From an uncultured Hyphomicrobiales bacterium (lineage in GTDB: Bacteria > Pseudomonadota > Alphaproteobacteria > Rhizobiales > Beijerinckiaceae): a DNA stretch of 64,000 nucleotides. Both the position numbers and the translations under genes were made by a program. Below the pieces are notes generated by a model. It ran no database searches. It was not told the DNA's origin and saw only the letters and a program-made list of their open reading frames with translations. Location of the stretch: NCBI GenBank assembly GCA_903825465.1, contig CAIKAR010000059.1:11971-75970 (forward strand), given 5' to 3'. Below, piece by piece: positions 1 through 8,896 of the stretch (positions are counted from its first letter, which is position 1; every line of letters starts with the position of its first letter).

Positions 1-1
1 G

Positions 2-667
2 TATCCGGTGCCGGCCGAGTTCAACGACATGCGCACTCAGTTGAATTTCGTCGGGCTTCGTCACGACGTCGACGGCAAAATCTGGACGAAGGACGTCGGC
101 ACCAACAACGTGCTGCGCCTCGATATCGCCTCTCAGAAATGGGAGAAGTTCCGTCCGACCGACCAGTTGAAGGGGCCCGCGGGCATCTATCAGTTGATCT
201 CGGATTCGCGGAACAACGCGTGGCTCGCCGAATTCTCCGACGGCCATCTCGGCAAGATCGACGCGAAATCGGGCGAAACCAAGTGGTTCGACACGCCGGA
301 AGCGCACGCCCGCGCGCGGCGCATGGCGATCGACGAGAACGACAACATCCTGCTGACGCTGTATCGCGCCAACGCGGTGACCTACTTCGACACCAAGAAC
401 GAGAAATACACCGAATACAAGCTGCCGACCGCCTTCACCGCGCCCTACCGCGCGGCGACGGACAAAAACGGCGACATCTGGGTCAGCACCATGTCGACCG
501 ACCGCGCCGTCCGCCTCGACGCCAAGACCGGCAAGACGCGCGAATATCTGTTGCCGACCGAGACCAACATGCGCTCGGCTTTCGTCGACGACCGCGGCGA
601 CAAGCCGGTCTTCTGGGTCGGCTCGAACCATCAGGCCGCGCTGGTGAAAGTCGAGCCGCTGGATTGA
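2..667 (+). CDS. Vgb-like beta-propeller protein, 5'-partial; paralogue of 11390..13036
   Basis: Frame is open from the window edge. Repeated propeller motifs (GKIW, NAWLAEF, GDIWVS). C-terminus TNMRSAFVD..FWVGSNHQAALVKVEPLD matches the 11390..13036 product. Confidence 0.85.
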   Translation, partial: YPVPAEFNDMRTQLNFVGLRHDVDGKIWTKDVGTNNVLRLDIASQKWEKFRPTDQLKGPAGIYQLISDSRNNAWLAEFSDGHLGKIDAKSGETKWFDTPEAHARARRMAIDENDNILLTLYRANAVTYFDTKNEKYTEYKLPTAFTAPYRAATDKNGDIWVSTMSTDRAVRLDAKTGKTREYLLPTETNMRSAFVDDRGDKPVFWVGSNHQAALVKVEPLD

Positions 668-692
668 GCGTCGGCGATTAAGCGCGCGACAG

Positions 693-723
693 GGGCGGGA
701 TCGCGAAAGCGGTTCCGCCCTTT
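693..723. terminator. Intrinsic terminator hairpin between convergent genes
   Basis: gggcgg-gat-cgc-GAAA-gcg-gtt-ccgccc followed by ttt; GNRA loop. Confidence 0.65.
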
Positions 724-732
724 CCGCGATTG

Positions 733-2271
733 TCAGGCGGCGCGCGAGGCGAGCGCCGGCTGGCCCCGATAACTGAGCGCCTCGGCGAGGTGCGCGCGGC
801 CCACGTTCGCCGCGCCATCGAGATCGGCGAGCGTGCGCGCCAGTTTCAAAACGCGGTGATAGCCGCGCGCCGACAGCCGCAGACGCTCGGCGGCGTCGCG
901 CATGAGATTGGTTCCCGGTCCGTCGAGCGCGGCGACCGTTTCGATGACGTTGGCGGGCGCGGCGGCGTTGCAGGCGACGCCCGGCAAGCCGATCTCCTTG
1001 TAGCGCCGGGTTTGAATGGCGCGTGCGGCGATGACGCGCTCGGCGACCTCCGCCGACCCCTCCGCCGGCGGCGGCAGGATCAGGTCCGAGGCGGTGACGG
1101 CGCCGACCTCGATCGTCAGATCGAAGCGATCCAGCAACGGCCCGGAAATCCGAGCCTGATAGGAGGCCATGCAGCGGTCGTTGGGCTGGCGGCGGCAGGC
1201 GTAGCCGGGCTCCGTCGCGTGGCCGCAGCGGCACGGGTTCATGGCCGCGACCAATTGGACGCGGGCGGGATAGACGACGCGGTGGTTGGCGCGCGCGATC
1301 AAGACCTCGCCGGATTCAAGCGGCTGGCGCAGGGAGTCCAGCGCCTGCGGATGAAACTCGGGCAACTCGTCGAGAAACAACACGCCGTGGTGCGCCAGCG
1401 AGACCTCGCCGGGTCTTGCGTGCAGGCCGCCGCCGACCAGCGCCGCCATCGAGGCGGAATGGTGCGGCGCGCGAAACGGCCGCCGGTCGGTCAGTTCGCC
1501 GCCCGCGAGCGCGCCGGCGATCGAATGAACCATCGACACCTCGAGCAATTCGCGCGGCGTCAGCGGCGGCAGGATCGACGGCAAACGCGCGGCGAGCATC
1601 GACTTGCCCGAGCCCGGCGGGCCGGACATCAAAAGGTTGTGGCCGCCGGCCGTGGCGATTTCGAGGGCGCGCTTGGCGCTCTCCTGCCCCTTGATGTCCC
1701 GCAGATCGGGCTGCGGCGCGCCGATCTTGCGAACGCCGGGCTCGGGCCGCGCCATCACCTGCGCGCCCTTGAAATGGTTGGCGAGCTGGATCAGCGAACG
1801 CGGCGCGAGAATGTCGATGTCCGCCGACGCCCAGGCGGCCTCTGGCCCGCAATCATAGGGGCAGATCAATCCATGCCCGCGGGCGTTGGCGGCGACCGCC
1901 GCCGGCAAAGCGCCGGCGACCGGCGTGATCGTGCCGTCGAGCGCGAGTTCGCCGAGAATCGTGTAGCCATCGAGCGCGTCGGCGGGAATCGCGCCAATCG
2001 CCGCCATCACGCCCAGCGCGATGGGCAGGTCGTAGTGGCTGCCCTCCTTCGGCATGTCGGCGGGCGCGAGGTTGACGGTGATGCGCCGCGCCGGAAGGGC
2101 GAGCCCCGAAGCCACCAGCGCGGAGCGCACGCGCTCGCGCGATTCCGCCACCGCCTTGTCGCCGAGGCCGACGAGAATGAACTTCACATCGCCGTTGGCG
2201 ATCTGCACCTGCACATCGATGGGCTTGGCCTCGATGCCCTCGAACGCCAGCGTCGCCACCCGCACGACCAT
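733..2271 (-). CDS. comM: YifB/ComM Mg-chelatase-like AAA+ ATPase
   Basis: TVNLAPAD.PKEGSHYDLPIALG, GPPGSGKS, LFLDELPEF, AAMNPCRCG, ARGYHRVLKLARTLADL. Confidence 0.93.
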   Translation of the reverse strand: MVVRVATLAFEGIEAKPIDVQVQIANGDVKFILVGLGDKAVAESRERVRSALVASGLALPARRITVNLAPADMPKEGSHYDLPIALGVMAAIGAIPADALDGYTILGELALDGTITPVAGALPAAVAANARGHGLICPYDCGPEAAWASADIDILAPRSLIQLANHFKGAQVMARPEPGVRKIGAPQPDLRDIKGQESAKRALEIATAGGHNLLMSGPPGSGKSMLAARLPSILPPLTPRELLEVSMVHSIAGALAGGELTDRRPFRAPHHSASMAALVGGGLHARPGEVSLAHHGVLFLDELPEFHPQALDSLRQPLESGEVLIARANHRVVYPARVQLVAAMNPCRCGHATEPGYACRRQPNDRCMASYQARISGPLLDRFDLTIEVGAVTASDLILPPPAEGSAEVAERVIAARAIQTRRYKEIGLPGVACNAAAPANVIETVAALDGPGTNLMRDAAERLRLSARGYHRVLKLARTLADLDGAANVGRAHLAEALSYRGQPALASRAA

Positions 2272-2298
2272 GAAACACTCCCCAACCGGCCACGCCGC

Positions 2299-2327
2299 AG
2301 GCTAGCGCGGGATAAATTTTCGCGCAA
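2299..2327 (-). promoter_or_regulatory. sigma70-type promoter of comM
   Basis: Minus strand TTGCGC-N17-TAGCCT (-35 at 2322-2327, -10 at 2299-2304). Confidence 0.55.
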
Positions 2328-2342
2328 GAACATTTAGCGAAC
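2328..2342 (-). promoter_or_regulatory. Alphaproteobacterial LexA (SOS) box
   Basis: GAACatttagcGAAC on + (GTTC-N7-GTTC on -), directly abutting the comM -35 element. Confidence 0.8.
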
Positions 2343-2387
2343 ATTTCGATAGGGGCCGCGAGAAGGGGCGCCGGAAGGCGGCTTACG

Positions 2388-3407
2388 TCACTTTTTCCGG
2401 CGCGCCAGCCTGTCCTTGATGTCTGGAATCAGCTTCGCGACATTCGCGCCTTCGAGCACCGACTTCGCGTTGGCGTCGATGGCGCGCACGGCCTCGACAT
2501 AGCCGGCGATCTCCTCCGGGTCGCGCACGGCCTGCGGGTAGTCGGTCGCGAAAACGCATTGCGACAGCGGCACTTCCGAAAGTCCGTGGCGCACCCATCG
2601 CGCGCCCCACGTCGCCGAGGGGTCCGGCCCCGCCCAGCCGGCGAAATCGTAATAGAGGCGCTCGTTTATGTAATGGTCGAGGCTCTTTTTCGGCTCGCGG
2701 TTGTGGCGCGGAATATCCGTCGTGCCCCACACGCTTCGCTGCTGGAAACCCTTGATGCGCGTCATATAGCGGCCGATGCCGCCGGAAAAATGCGAAAACT
2801 GAACCTTCAGGTGCGGGATGTCGTCGAGCACGCCCGAATTGATCAGGCGGAGCGTCGCCGTCATCAGCGAGAATTCCCAGCCAAGAATCCGCCCGAGATC
2901 GTCGGCGTACATTTGCGGCCAGGCGATGACGTTGGGCAGCGGATGCACAAACACATAAAGGCCGAGATCGGCGACGGTTTTCCAGAACGGCCGCAGCGCC
3001 TCGTGGTCGAGCGGCAGGCCCTGGATCTCCGACGCGACGACAACGCCCGGAAAGCCGAGATCGACGGCGCAACGCTTGAGTTCAGCCGCCATTTCCGCGG
3101 GATTGAGCACGGGCGCGTGGGCGAGGCCGACGAAGCGGCCGGGATGTTCGCGCTCGATGTCCTTCATCCGGTCGTTGATGAGCTTGCACTTGCCGACATC
3201 CGGCTGGTCGAAGCCGGGTCCGCTTGACAGCACGCAGGCGTCGATGCCCGTGCGGTCCATCATGCGCAAAAACGCCGGCACGTCCGTCAGCAGCGGGTTG
3301 AGCAGGTAGTTCGGATTGCCGTTCTCGTCGAGTTGCACGGTCATGCGCGTCGGATCGCCCTTCTGCAATTCCGGCGGCGTGTAGTGGGTCTGGAAATCGA
3401 CGATCAT
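2388..3407 (-). CDS. Amidohydrolase-2 family protein (ACMSD/LigI-like)
   Basis: DFQTHY, RFVGLA, ELKRCAVDLGFPGV, FVHP, HFSGG, FATDYP. Confidence 0.85.
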   Translation of the reverse strand: MIVDFQTHYTPPELQKGDPTRMTVQLDENGNPNYLLNPLLTDVPAFLRMMDRTGIDACVLSSGPGFDQPDVGKCKLINDRMKDIEREHPGRFVGLAHAPVLNPAEMAAELKRCAVDLGFPGVVVASEIQGLPLDHEALRPFWKTVADLGLYVFVHPLPNVIAWPQMYADDLGRILGWEFSLMTATLRLINSGVLDDIPHLKVQFSHFSGGIGRYMTRIKGFQQRSVWGTTDIPRHNREPKKSLDHYINERLYYDFAGWAGPDPSATWGARWVRHGLSEVPLSQCVFATDYPQAVRDPEEIAGYVEAVRAIDANAKSVLEGANVAKLIPDIKDRLARRKK

Positions 3408-3524
3408 GTGGGCGTTCCTCGGCGTCTGTTTTCACTCCAACCGTAGCGCGAACACGCGGGCTTGCGCAACGCGCCGGCGCACAATACCGACAACAAGGAA
3501 GCATCGGCGGTCAGAGGGGAAACC

Positions 3525-4268
3525 ATGACGGAACTGGAACATCGTCCCTACGGCTGGCGCGCGCGCATTGGCTACACCTCGCCGCCGCTCACGACGGAGG
3601 GATTTCCATATGAGTTCTACCAGATCGTCCCCAAGGGCGTGTCGCTGGTCGTCACCTCGCTGGCGATCATCACGCGCACGAAGGGAGAGCTCGACGATTC
3701 CTACGACATCAGCCTGCGCGCCGCGCGCGAAATGGCGGCGGCGGGCGTCGATCTCGTCTGCCTCGGCGGCGTGCCAATCAACCAGCACAAGGGTTTCGAA
3801 AACGCGGACGAATTCTACGTCGCGCTTGAAAAAGAGCTTGGCGTCAAAGTGTCGACCAGCGCGTCGGCGCAGACGGCGGCCGGAAAGAAGCTCGGCGTCA
3901 AGAAAGCGGTGTTGGCGCATCCCTACGCCGAGAGCGACACGGCGCGCATATCCAAAAGCTACGAGCACATGTTGAATTGCGAAGTGATCGGCCGGACCTG
4001 CTGGGGCTCGCCCTTCAACCGCATCGGCGCCATCCCGCAACACGGGGCGCTGGAAATGGGCCGCAAGCTGCTGAAGGCGCATCCACAGGCCGACACGATC
4101 CTGTTTCCCTCGCCGCACTGGCCGACCGCCCACGCGCTCGACATTCTGGAAGCCGAGTTCGGCGTCAACGCGCTCGGCGCGCATCAGGGCATCGTGTGGG
4201 ACGCGCTTCGAAGGTGCGGCGTCGACGACAAGATCGCGGGTTTCGGACGGCTGTTGAGGGAGTTTTGA
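3525..4268 (+). CDS. Asp/Glu racemase / maleate isomerase / arylmalonate decarboxylase superfamily protein
   Basis: YGWRARIG, HPY, family-like layout; RBS gagggg before ATG 3525. Catalytic Cys positions appear replaced. Confidence 0.75.
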   Translation: MTELEHRPYGWRARIGYTSPPLTTEGFPYEFYQIVPKGVSLVVTSLAIITRTKGELDDSYDISLRAAREMAAAGVDLVCLGGVPINQHKGFENADEFYVALEKELGVKVSTSASAQTAAGKKLGVKKAVLAHPYAESDTARISKSYEHMLNCEVIGRTCWGSPFNRIGAIPQHGALEMGRKLLKAHPQADTILFPSPHWPTAHALDILEAEFGVNALGAHQGIVWDALRRCGVDDKIAGFGRLLREF

Positions 4269-4273
4269 GCGTG

Positions 4274-5341
4274 ATGGCGACCGCCCTGTCCGGAGCGACG
4301 TGCGCGCTCCCTCGCTTTGGAAAAGCGCTTGTTGTCGCCGCGTTCTGCGCCATCGCCGCGCCGGCGCGCGCCGACCCGGTCGAGGACTTTTACCACAACA
4401 GGCAAATCACGCTGCTTGTCGGCAGCGGCGCCGGCGGCGGCTACGATTCCTACGCGCGCGTCTTCGCGCGGTTCATGACCGCGCATATCCCCGGCGCGCC
4501 CGCGATTGTCGTCAAGGATGTTCCGGCCGCCGGCGGCATGGCGGCCGCCAACCAGCTTTATTCCAACGTCGACCACGACGGCCTCACGATCGCCGCGCAC
4601 ACCAACGGCGTCGCGATGGACCCGTTGTTCGGCAACACGGCGGCGCATTTCGACGGCAGGAAATTCAACTGGCTCGGCTCCATCGGCAAGCTGCAGAACA
4701 TCTGCATGACCTGGCACACGAGCAAGGTCGCGACGATCGAGGACGCGCGCAAGACCGAAGTCACCGTCGCCGGCGCCGGCGCCACGTCGAATTCGGTGAT
4801 CGTGCCGAAAATCCTCAACGAGGTTCTGGGCACGAAATTCAAGGTCATCGCCGGTTACGAGCCAGGCCAGGGCGACGCCATCGCGGTGGAGGCGGGCGAA
4901 GTCGACGGCGTTTGCGGATTGGGCTGGTCGACGATCAAGGCGTCGCGGGCGATGTGGCTCGAACCCGGCAAAATCCATGTGCTGGTGCAGATGGCGCTGC
5001 AAAAATTGCCCGATCTGCCCGACGTGCCGAGCGCGCTGGACCTCGTGACAAACCCCGCGGACAAGCGCGTGCTTGAACTCATTCTCATCCGTCAGGAGAT
5101 GGGCCGGCCCTTCGCGGCGCCGCCCGGCGTGCCCGCCGAACGCGTCGCGGCGCTGCGGCGCGCGTTCGACGCCACATTGAAAGACCCGGGTTTCATCGCC
5201 GAGGCCGCGACCGCGAAAATGGAAATCGACCCGCTGACGGGCGAGGCGATCGACGCGCTTCTGGCGCGCGCCTACGACGCGCCGAAGGATGTCGTCGCGC
5301 GCGCCGCCGCGTTGGTCACGCCCGAAGGCGCCGGGCGGTAG
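4274..5341 (+). CDS. Bug/TctC tripartite tricarboxylate transporter substrate-binding protein
   Basis: Signal peptide; DFY..ITLLVGSGAGGGYDSYAR; PAAGG..AAN; GRPFAAPPGVPAER. Confidence 0.88.
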   Translation: MATALSGATCALPRFGKALVVAAFCAIAAPARADPVEDFYHNRQITLLVGSGAGGGYDSYARVFARFMTAHIPGAPAIVVKDVPAAGGMAAANQLYSNVDHDGLTIAAHTNGVAMDPLFGNTAAHFDGRKFNWLGSIGKLQNICMTWHTSKVATIEDARKTEVTVAGAGATSNSVIVPKILNEVLGTKFKVIAGYEPGQGDAIAVEAGEVDGVCGLGWSTIKASRAMWLEPGKIHVLVQMALQKLPDLPDVPSALDLVTNPADKRVLELILIRQEMGRPFAAPPGVPAERVAALRRAFDATLKDPGFIAEAATAKMEIDPLTGEAIDALLARAYDAPKDVVARAAALVTPEGAGR

Positions 5342-5378
5342 AGGGGCTTGCGCGCCGCGACCGCTTCGCCGACCTTCC

Positions 5379-7073
5379 CTACTTGATCAACGCGACGTTC
5401 AAAATCGCCGACTTGCCCGCCTTGTTGGCGGCGAAGGCGTCCTTGAAGGCCTTGCGCAATTCCGCCGCGTTCGACGCCGTGGCGCCGAAGAAGCCGAACT
5501 CGTCGCCGAGCCGCTCGTAGCGCGGGCCGGAGATGTTGACGCCGAAGTGCGTTTTCGTCGTGTCGGCGACGCCGCCCTCGTAATAGAGCACGTGACCCTT
5601 GCGCATGGCCTCGTACTTCTGGTTGTTGCAGACGACGATCGTGATCGGAAGGTCGTAGGTTTTCGAGGCGCCGAAGGCCTGGATGATCGGGTTGTAGAGG
5701 AACGACCCGTCGCCGATGAAGATCACCACCTGCCGGTCGCGCGCGGCGAGCTTGGCGCCGAGCGCCGCGCCAATGCCCTGGCCCAGCGCGCCGCCGGTGA
5801 CGCGGAAGAAGCTTTGCGGCTCGTTCAGCGGCAGATGAGCGCGCATCTGGGGCATGTGGGTGATGGTCTCGTCGCAGACGAGGATGTCCTTCGGAAAAAC
5901 CTCCGCGGCGATCGAGGCCAGCGCGACGCAGTCGAGCGTGTCGGCCGCCGCCGCTTTCTCGCCCGCGGCTTTCAGGCCGGCGACGAGCTTGTCGTGCTCG
6001 GCGGTCCATTTGGCGCGGCGCGCCGAAACGACGCCCTGGTCCGCCGACGCGGACGCCTTCGCCAGCGCGCGCAACGCGTGCGCCACGTCGCCTTCGATGT
6101 AGTGGTCCGCGAACAGCACCTGATAGGCGAGGCTCATCTTCAGCGGGTTCTCGCCGATGGCGACGATCTTGCCCTTGCCGGGCCGGTTCGACGGCGGATA
6201 CCAGGGCGCCTTGCCGCTGACGAGCAGGATCAGGTCCGCGTCGTCGAGGAGGCCGAAGTTGGAAAATCCCATCCACATCGGATTGGATTTCGGGAAGTTC
6301 GTGTAAACGCTCGCGCGCCCGTTCACCACGGGGATGGCGAGGCTGTCGGCGAGTTCCACCAGCGCGTGGAACGCCTGGGGATCGCGGCCCGCGCCTTCGA
6401 CAACCACGACCGGGCTTTTCGCCGCCCGCAACAGCGCCGCGACGGTTTCGATATCCTGGGGCAACGCGGCGGTCTTCGGGGCCGGCGGCACCATCGGCAA
6501 ATCGCTCGGCTTCTTCCATTCGTGCAGCATGCATTCGAGGCCGACATTGATGTAAACCGGTCCCTGCGGCTGCCGCTGCGCGAGTTCCATCGACCGCGTC
6601 ACGGTGTGGTAGAGCGTCGGCGCGGAGGTCACCTGCGTCGCCCATTTCACGATCGGATCGACGAAGCGGTGCGCGCCGCCGACGCTGACGCCGCCATAGA
6701 ATTGCGGTTCGACGGGTTGGTCGGGGTCGTCGCCGAAGGTCGTCGCCTCGCCCGACATGACGAGCATCGGGATTTCCTGCTGCGCGGCCGAAACGACCGC
6801 CATGGAACCGTGCATGAGGCCCACGCCGGCGTGCAGGAGCACGGCTTGCGGCTTGCCGGTGTAAGCGGTGTAGCCGAGCGCCATGTCGACGGCGACGGTC
6901 TCGTGCCAGCAGTCGAGGAATTGCGGGCCGGCGTTCTTCTCGACGGTCTGGCGGGCCATCGCCTCCCAAACCGGGCTCCATTCCGAGCCGGGCGAGGACA
7001 TGATGTAGTCGACGCCGAGGTTGCGGAACGCCTCGAGAATCGCTTCGCCGCCGTCCTGATAATTCTTTTTCAT
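5379..7073 (-). CDS. Thiamine-diphosphate-dependent enzyme (acetolactate synthase / benzoylformate decarboxylase-like)
   Basis: SPGSE, WHE, LHAGVG, ThDP motif GDGSFLYN..NNQKY. Confidence 0.9.
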   Translation of the reverse strand: MKKNYQDGGEAILEAFRNLGVDYIMSSPGSEWSPVWEAMARQTVEKNAGPQFLDCWHETVAVDMALGYTAYTGKPQAVLLHAGVGLMHGSMAVVSAAQQEIPMLVMSGEATTFGDDPDQPVEPQFYGGVSVGGAHRFVDPIVKWATQVTSAPTLYHTVTRSMELAQRQPQGPVYINVGLECMLHEWKKPSDLPMVPPAPKTAALPQDIETVAALLRAAKSPVVVVEGAGRDPQAFHALVELADSLAIPVVNGRASVYTNFPKSNPMWMGFSNFGLLDDADLILLVSGKAPWYPPSNRPGKGKIVAIGENPLKMSLAYQVLFADHYIEGDVAHALRALAKASASADQGVVSARRAKWTAEHDKLVAGLKAAGEKAAAADTLDCVALASIAAEVFPKDILVCDETITHMPQMRAHLPLNEPQSFFRVTGGALGQGIGAALGAKLAARDRQVVIFIGDGSFLYNPIIQAFGASKTYDLPITIVVCNNQKYEAMRKGHVLYYEGGVADTTKTHFGVNISGPRYERLGDEFGFFGATASNAAELRKAFKDAFAANKAGKSAILNVALIK

Positions 7074-7274
7074 AGAGCCTCCCGGAGAATTCTTGACTGA
7101 AAGATGGCGGGCTCTAGCACGATTTTCCCGTGGGGGGCAGGGGCCTTTGCCGCCCCTTCATCCGGAGAGGCCGGAAAAAGCCCGCCAAGCGTCGGCGCCG
7201 CCGCGTCCTTCGCGTCCTTCGCGTCGCGCGGGAGCGCACGAAACCGATTTAGTCAATCCTGGCGGTGTTCCGGA

Positions 7275-7628
7275 TCAATCCCGGCAGGTGACGAGCACGT
7301 CGTCGGCTCGATGCTTCGGCGCGGCCTCGCCGATGGAGCCCGTGACATCCGAGGCGAGCCCAAAGGCTGTCGCCACGCTTTGGCCGTGCGCCTCGCACCA
7401 GGAATCCGCGACGACGCGGCCACACTCGACGCCATCGACGAGGCAGTCGATCACGCCGTAGCCCTCGTTCGCCGAAATGACATAGGTGGTGGTTTGCGGC
7501 TTGACGGGCGCGTTCTCTTCCGCCTGGGCCGGCGAGCGCGCCAACGTCGACAGGATGAGCAGTCCGGCGGCCAAAGGCACAATGATGCGGCCAAGCGAGG
7601 GATTGTTTTGATTGCAGGAAAGCAGCAT
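7275..7628 (-). CDS. Small exported four-Cys hypothetical protein
   Basis: Hydrophobic signal ending AQA; YGVIDCLVDGVECGRVVADSWCEAHG. Start uncertain. Confidence 0.7.
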   Translation of the reverse strand: MLLSCNQNNPSLGRIIVPLAAGLLILSTLARSPAQAEENAPVKPQTTTYVISANEGYGVIDCLVDGVECGRVVADSWCEAHGQSVATAFGLASDVTGSIGEAAPKHRADDVLVTCRD

Positions 7629-7727
7629 GACCGACTCGTTCAACGACGCCTGTGTGACGAGCCCGACTATCGCTCCGTCACGTGAAAAATGCCTTAATTC
7701 CTCCTACGAAACGCGAGCGATTCCGCC

Positions 7728-7756
7728 TTGGCGCGCGCGCCGGCAATGGTTAGGCT
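7728..7756 (+). promoter_or_regulatory. Candidate sigma70 promoter of the NHL-crotonase operon
   Basis: TTGGCG-N17-TAGGCT upstream of GGAGG and ATG 7781. Confidence 0.4.
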
Positions 7757-7780
7757 GCGCGGGAAAACCGGAGGAACGCC

Positions 7781-8881
7781 ATGCGCCTGTCCCGTCCCGC
7801 CGCCGGCCTGTTCGCCTGCCTCGCGCTGGCGCTCGGCTGCGCCGCCGCGCGGGCGGAAGGCCCGACCTTCAAGGTCGATCCGTTTTGGCCGAAGCCGCTG
7901 CCGAACAACTGGATTCTCGGCCAGGTGGCGAGCGTGACGGTGGACGCCATAGGCCACATCTGGATCAACCAGCGGCCAAATTCGCTGACCATCGACGAGA
8001 AGGGCGCGTTCACGACGCCCAAGACCTCGAAATGCTGCGTGCCAGCGCCCTCGATCATCGAGTTCGATCAGGAGGGCAACGTCGCGCAGGCCTGGGGCGG
8101 CCCGGGGCAGGGCTATGAATGGCCAAAGCAGGAGCATGGCATCCTGCTCGACAACAAGGACCGCGTCTGGCTCGCCGGCAACGGCGACAACGACGGGATG
8201 GTGTTGAACTTCACCCGCGACGGCAAGTTCATCAAGCAATGGGGCCACATGGGGCCGAACAACGGCTCGCTCGATCCAAAGCAGTTTGGACAGGTCGCCG
8301 ATTTCGCCATCGACGCCGACGCGAACGAAATCTACATGGCCGACGGCTATGGCAACCACCGCGTCATCGTGCTCGACATGGACACCGGCGCCCTCAAGCG
8401 CATGTGGGGCGCCTATGGCAAGCCGCCGACCGACAACAGGGTTGTCGGCTACAATCCCGACGATCCGCAGTTCGCCAACCCCGTGCATTGCGTGAAGATA
8501 GCCAACGACGGGCTGGTCTATGTCTGCGACCGCGTCAACAACCGCGTGCAGGTGTTCCACAAGGACGGCTCGTTCGTGAAGCAGTTCGTCTACCTGCCGG
8601 AGACCCGCAAATCGGGCTCGACATGGGACGTGGCGTTCTGGCCCGACAAGGACCAGAGCTATCTGATCATGGTCGACGGCACGAACAACGAGATGCGCGT
8701 GTTGCGCCGCTCGGACGGCGAGGTTCTCTCGACCTTCGGCCGCTCGGGCCGCATGGCGGGCGAGTTCCACTGGGTCCACACTGTCGCCGTGGACAAGGAC
8801 GGCAACGTCTACACGACGGAAGTCGACACGGGAAAACGCCTGCAAAAATGGACGCCGACGAATGGCGCGCCACAGCGGTAG
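7781..8881 (+). CDS. Exported NHL-repeat beta-propeller, peptidyl-alpha-hydroxyglycine alpha-amidating lyase (PAL)-like
   Basis: Signal peptide; FKVDPFWPKPLP, EHG, ADGYGNHRV, VHCV, DRVNNRVQVF, VHTVAVD. Confidence 0.82.
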   Translation: MRLSRPAAGLFACLALALGCAAARAEGPTFKVDPFWPKPLPNNWILGQVASVTVDAIGHIWINQRPNSLTIDEKGAFTTPKTSKCCVPAPSIIEFDQEGNVAQAWGGPGQGYEWPKQEHGILLDNKDRVWLAGNGDNDGMVLNFTRDGKFIKQWGHMGPNNGSLDPKQFGQVADFAIDADANEIYMADGYGNHRVIVLDMDTGALKRMWGAYGKPPTDNRVVGYNPDDPQFANPVHCVKIANDGLVYVCDRVNNRVQVFHKDGSFVKQFVYLPETRKSGSTWDVAFWPDKDQSYLIMVDGTNNEMRVLRRSDGEVLSTFGRSGRMAGEFHWVHTVAVDKDGNVYTTEVDTGKRLQKWTPTNGAPQR

Positions 8882-8896
8882 CGCGACGGCGGCGAA

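Noticed and set aside
7074-7274. Possible TPP riboswitch or sRNA upstream of the ThDP enzyme; 9-nt tandem cgcgtcctt
   Set aside because: No conserved THI-box core seen. The plus-strand TTGACT-N16-TAGCAC is weak, and the short repeat can arise by chance.
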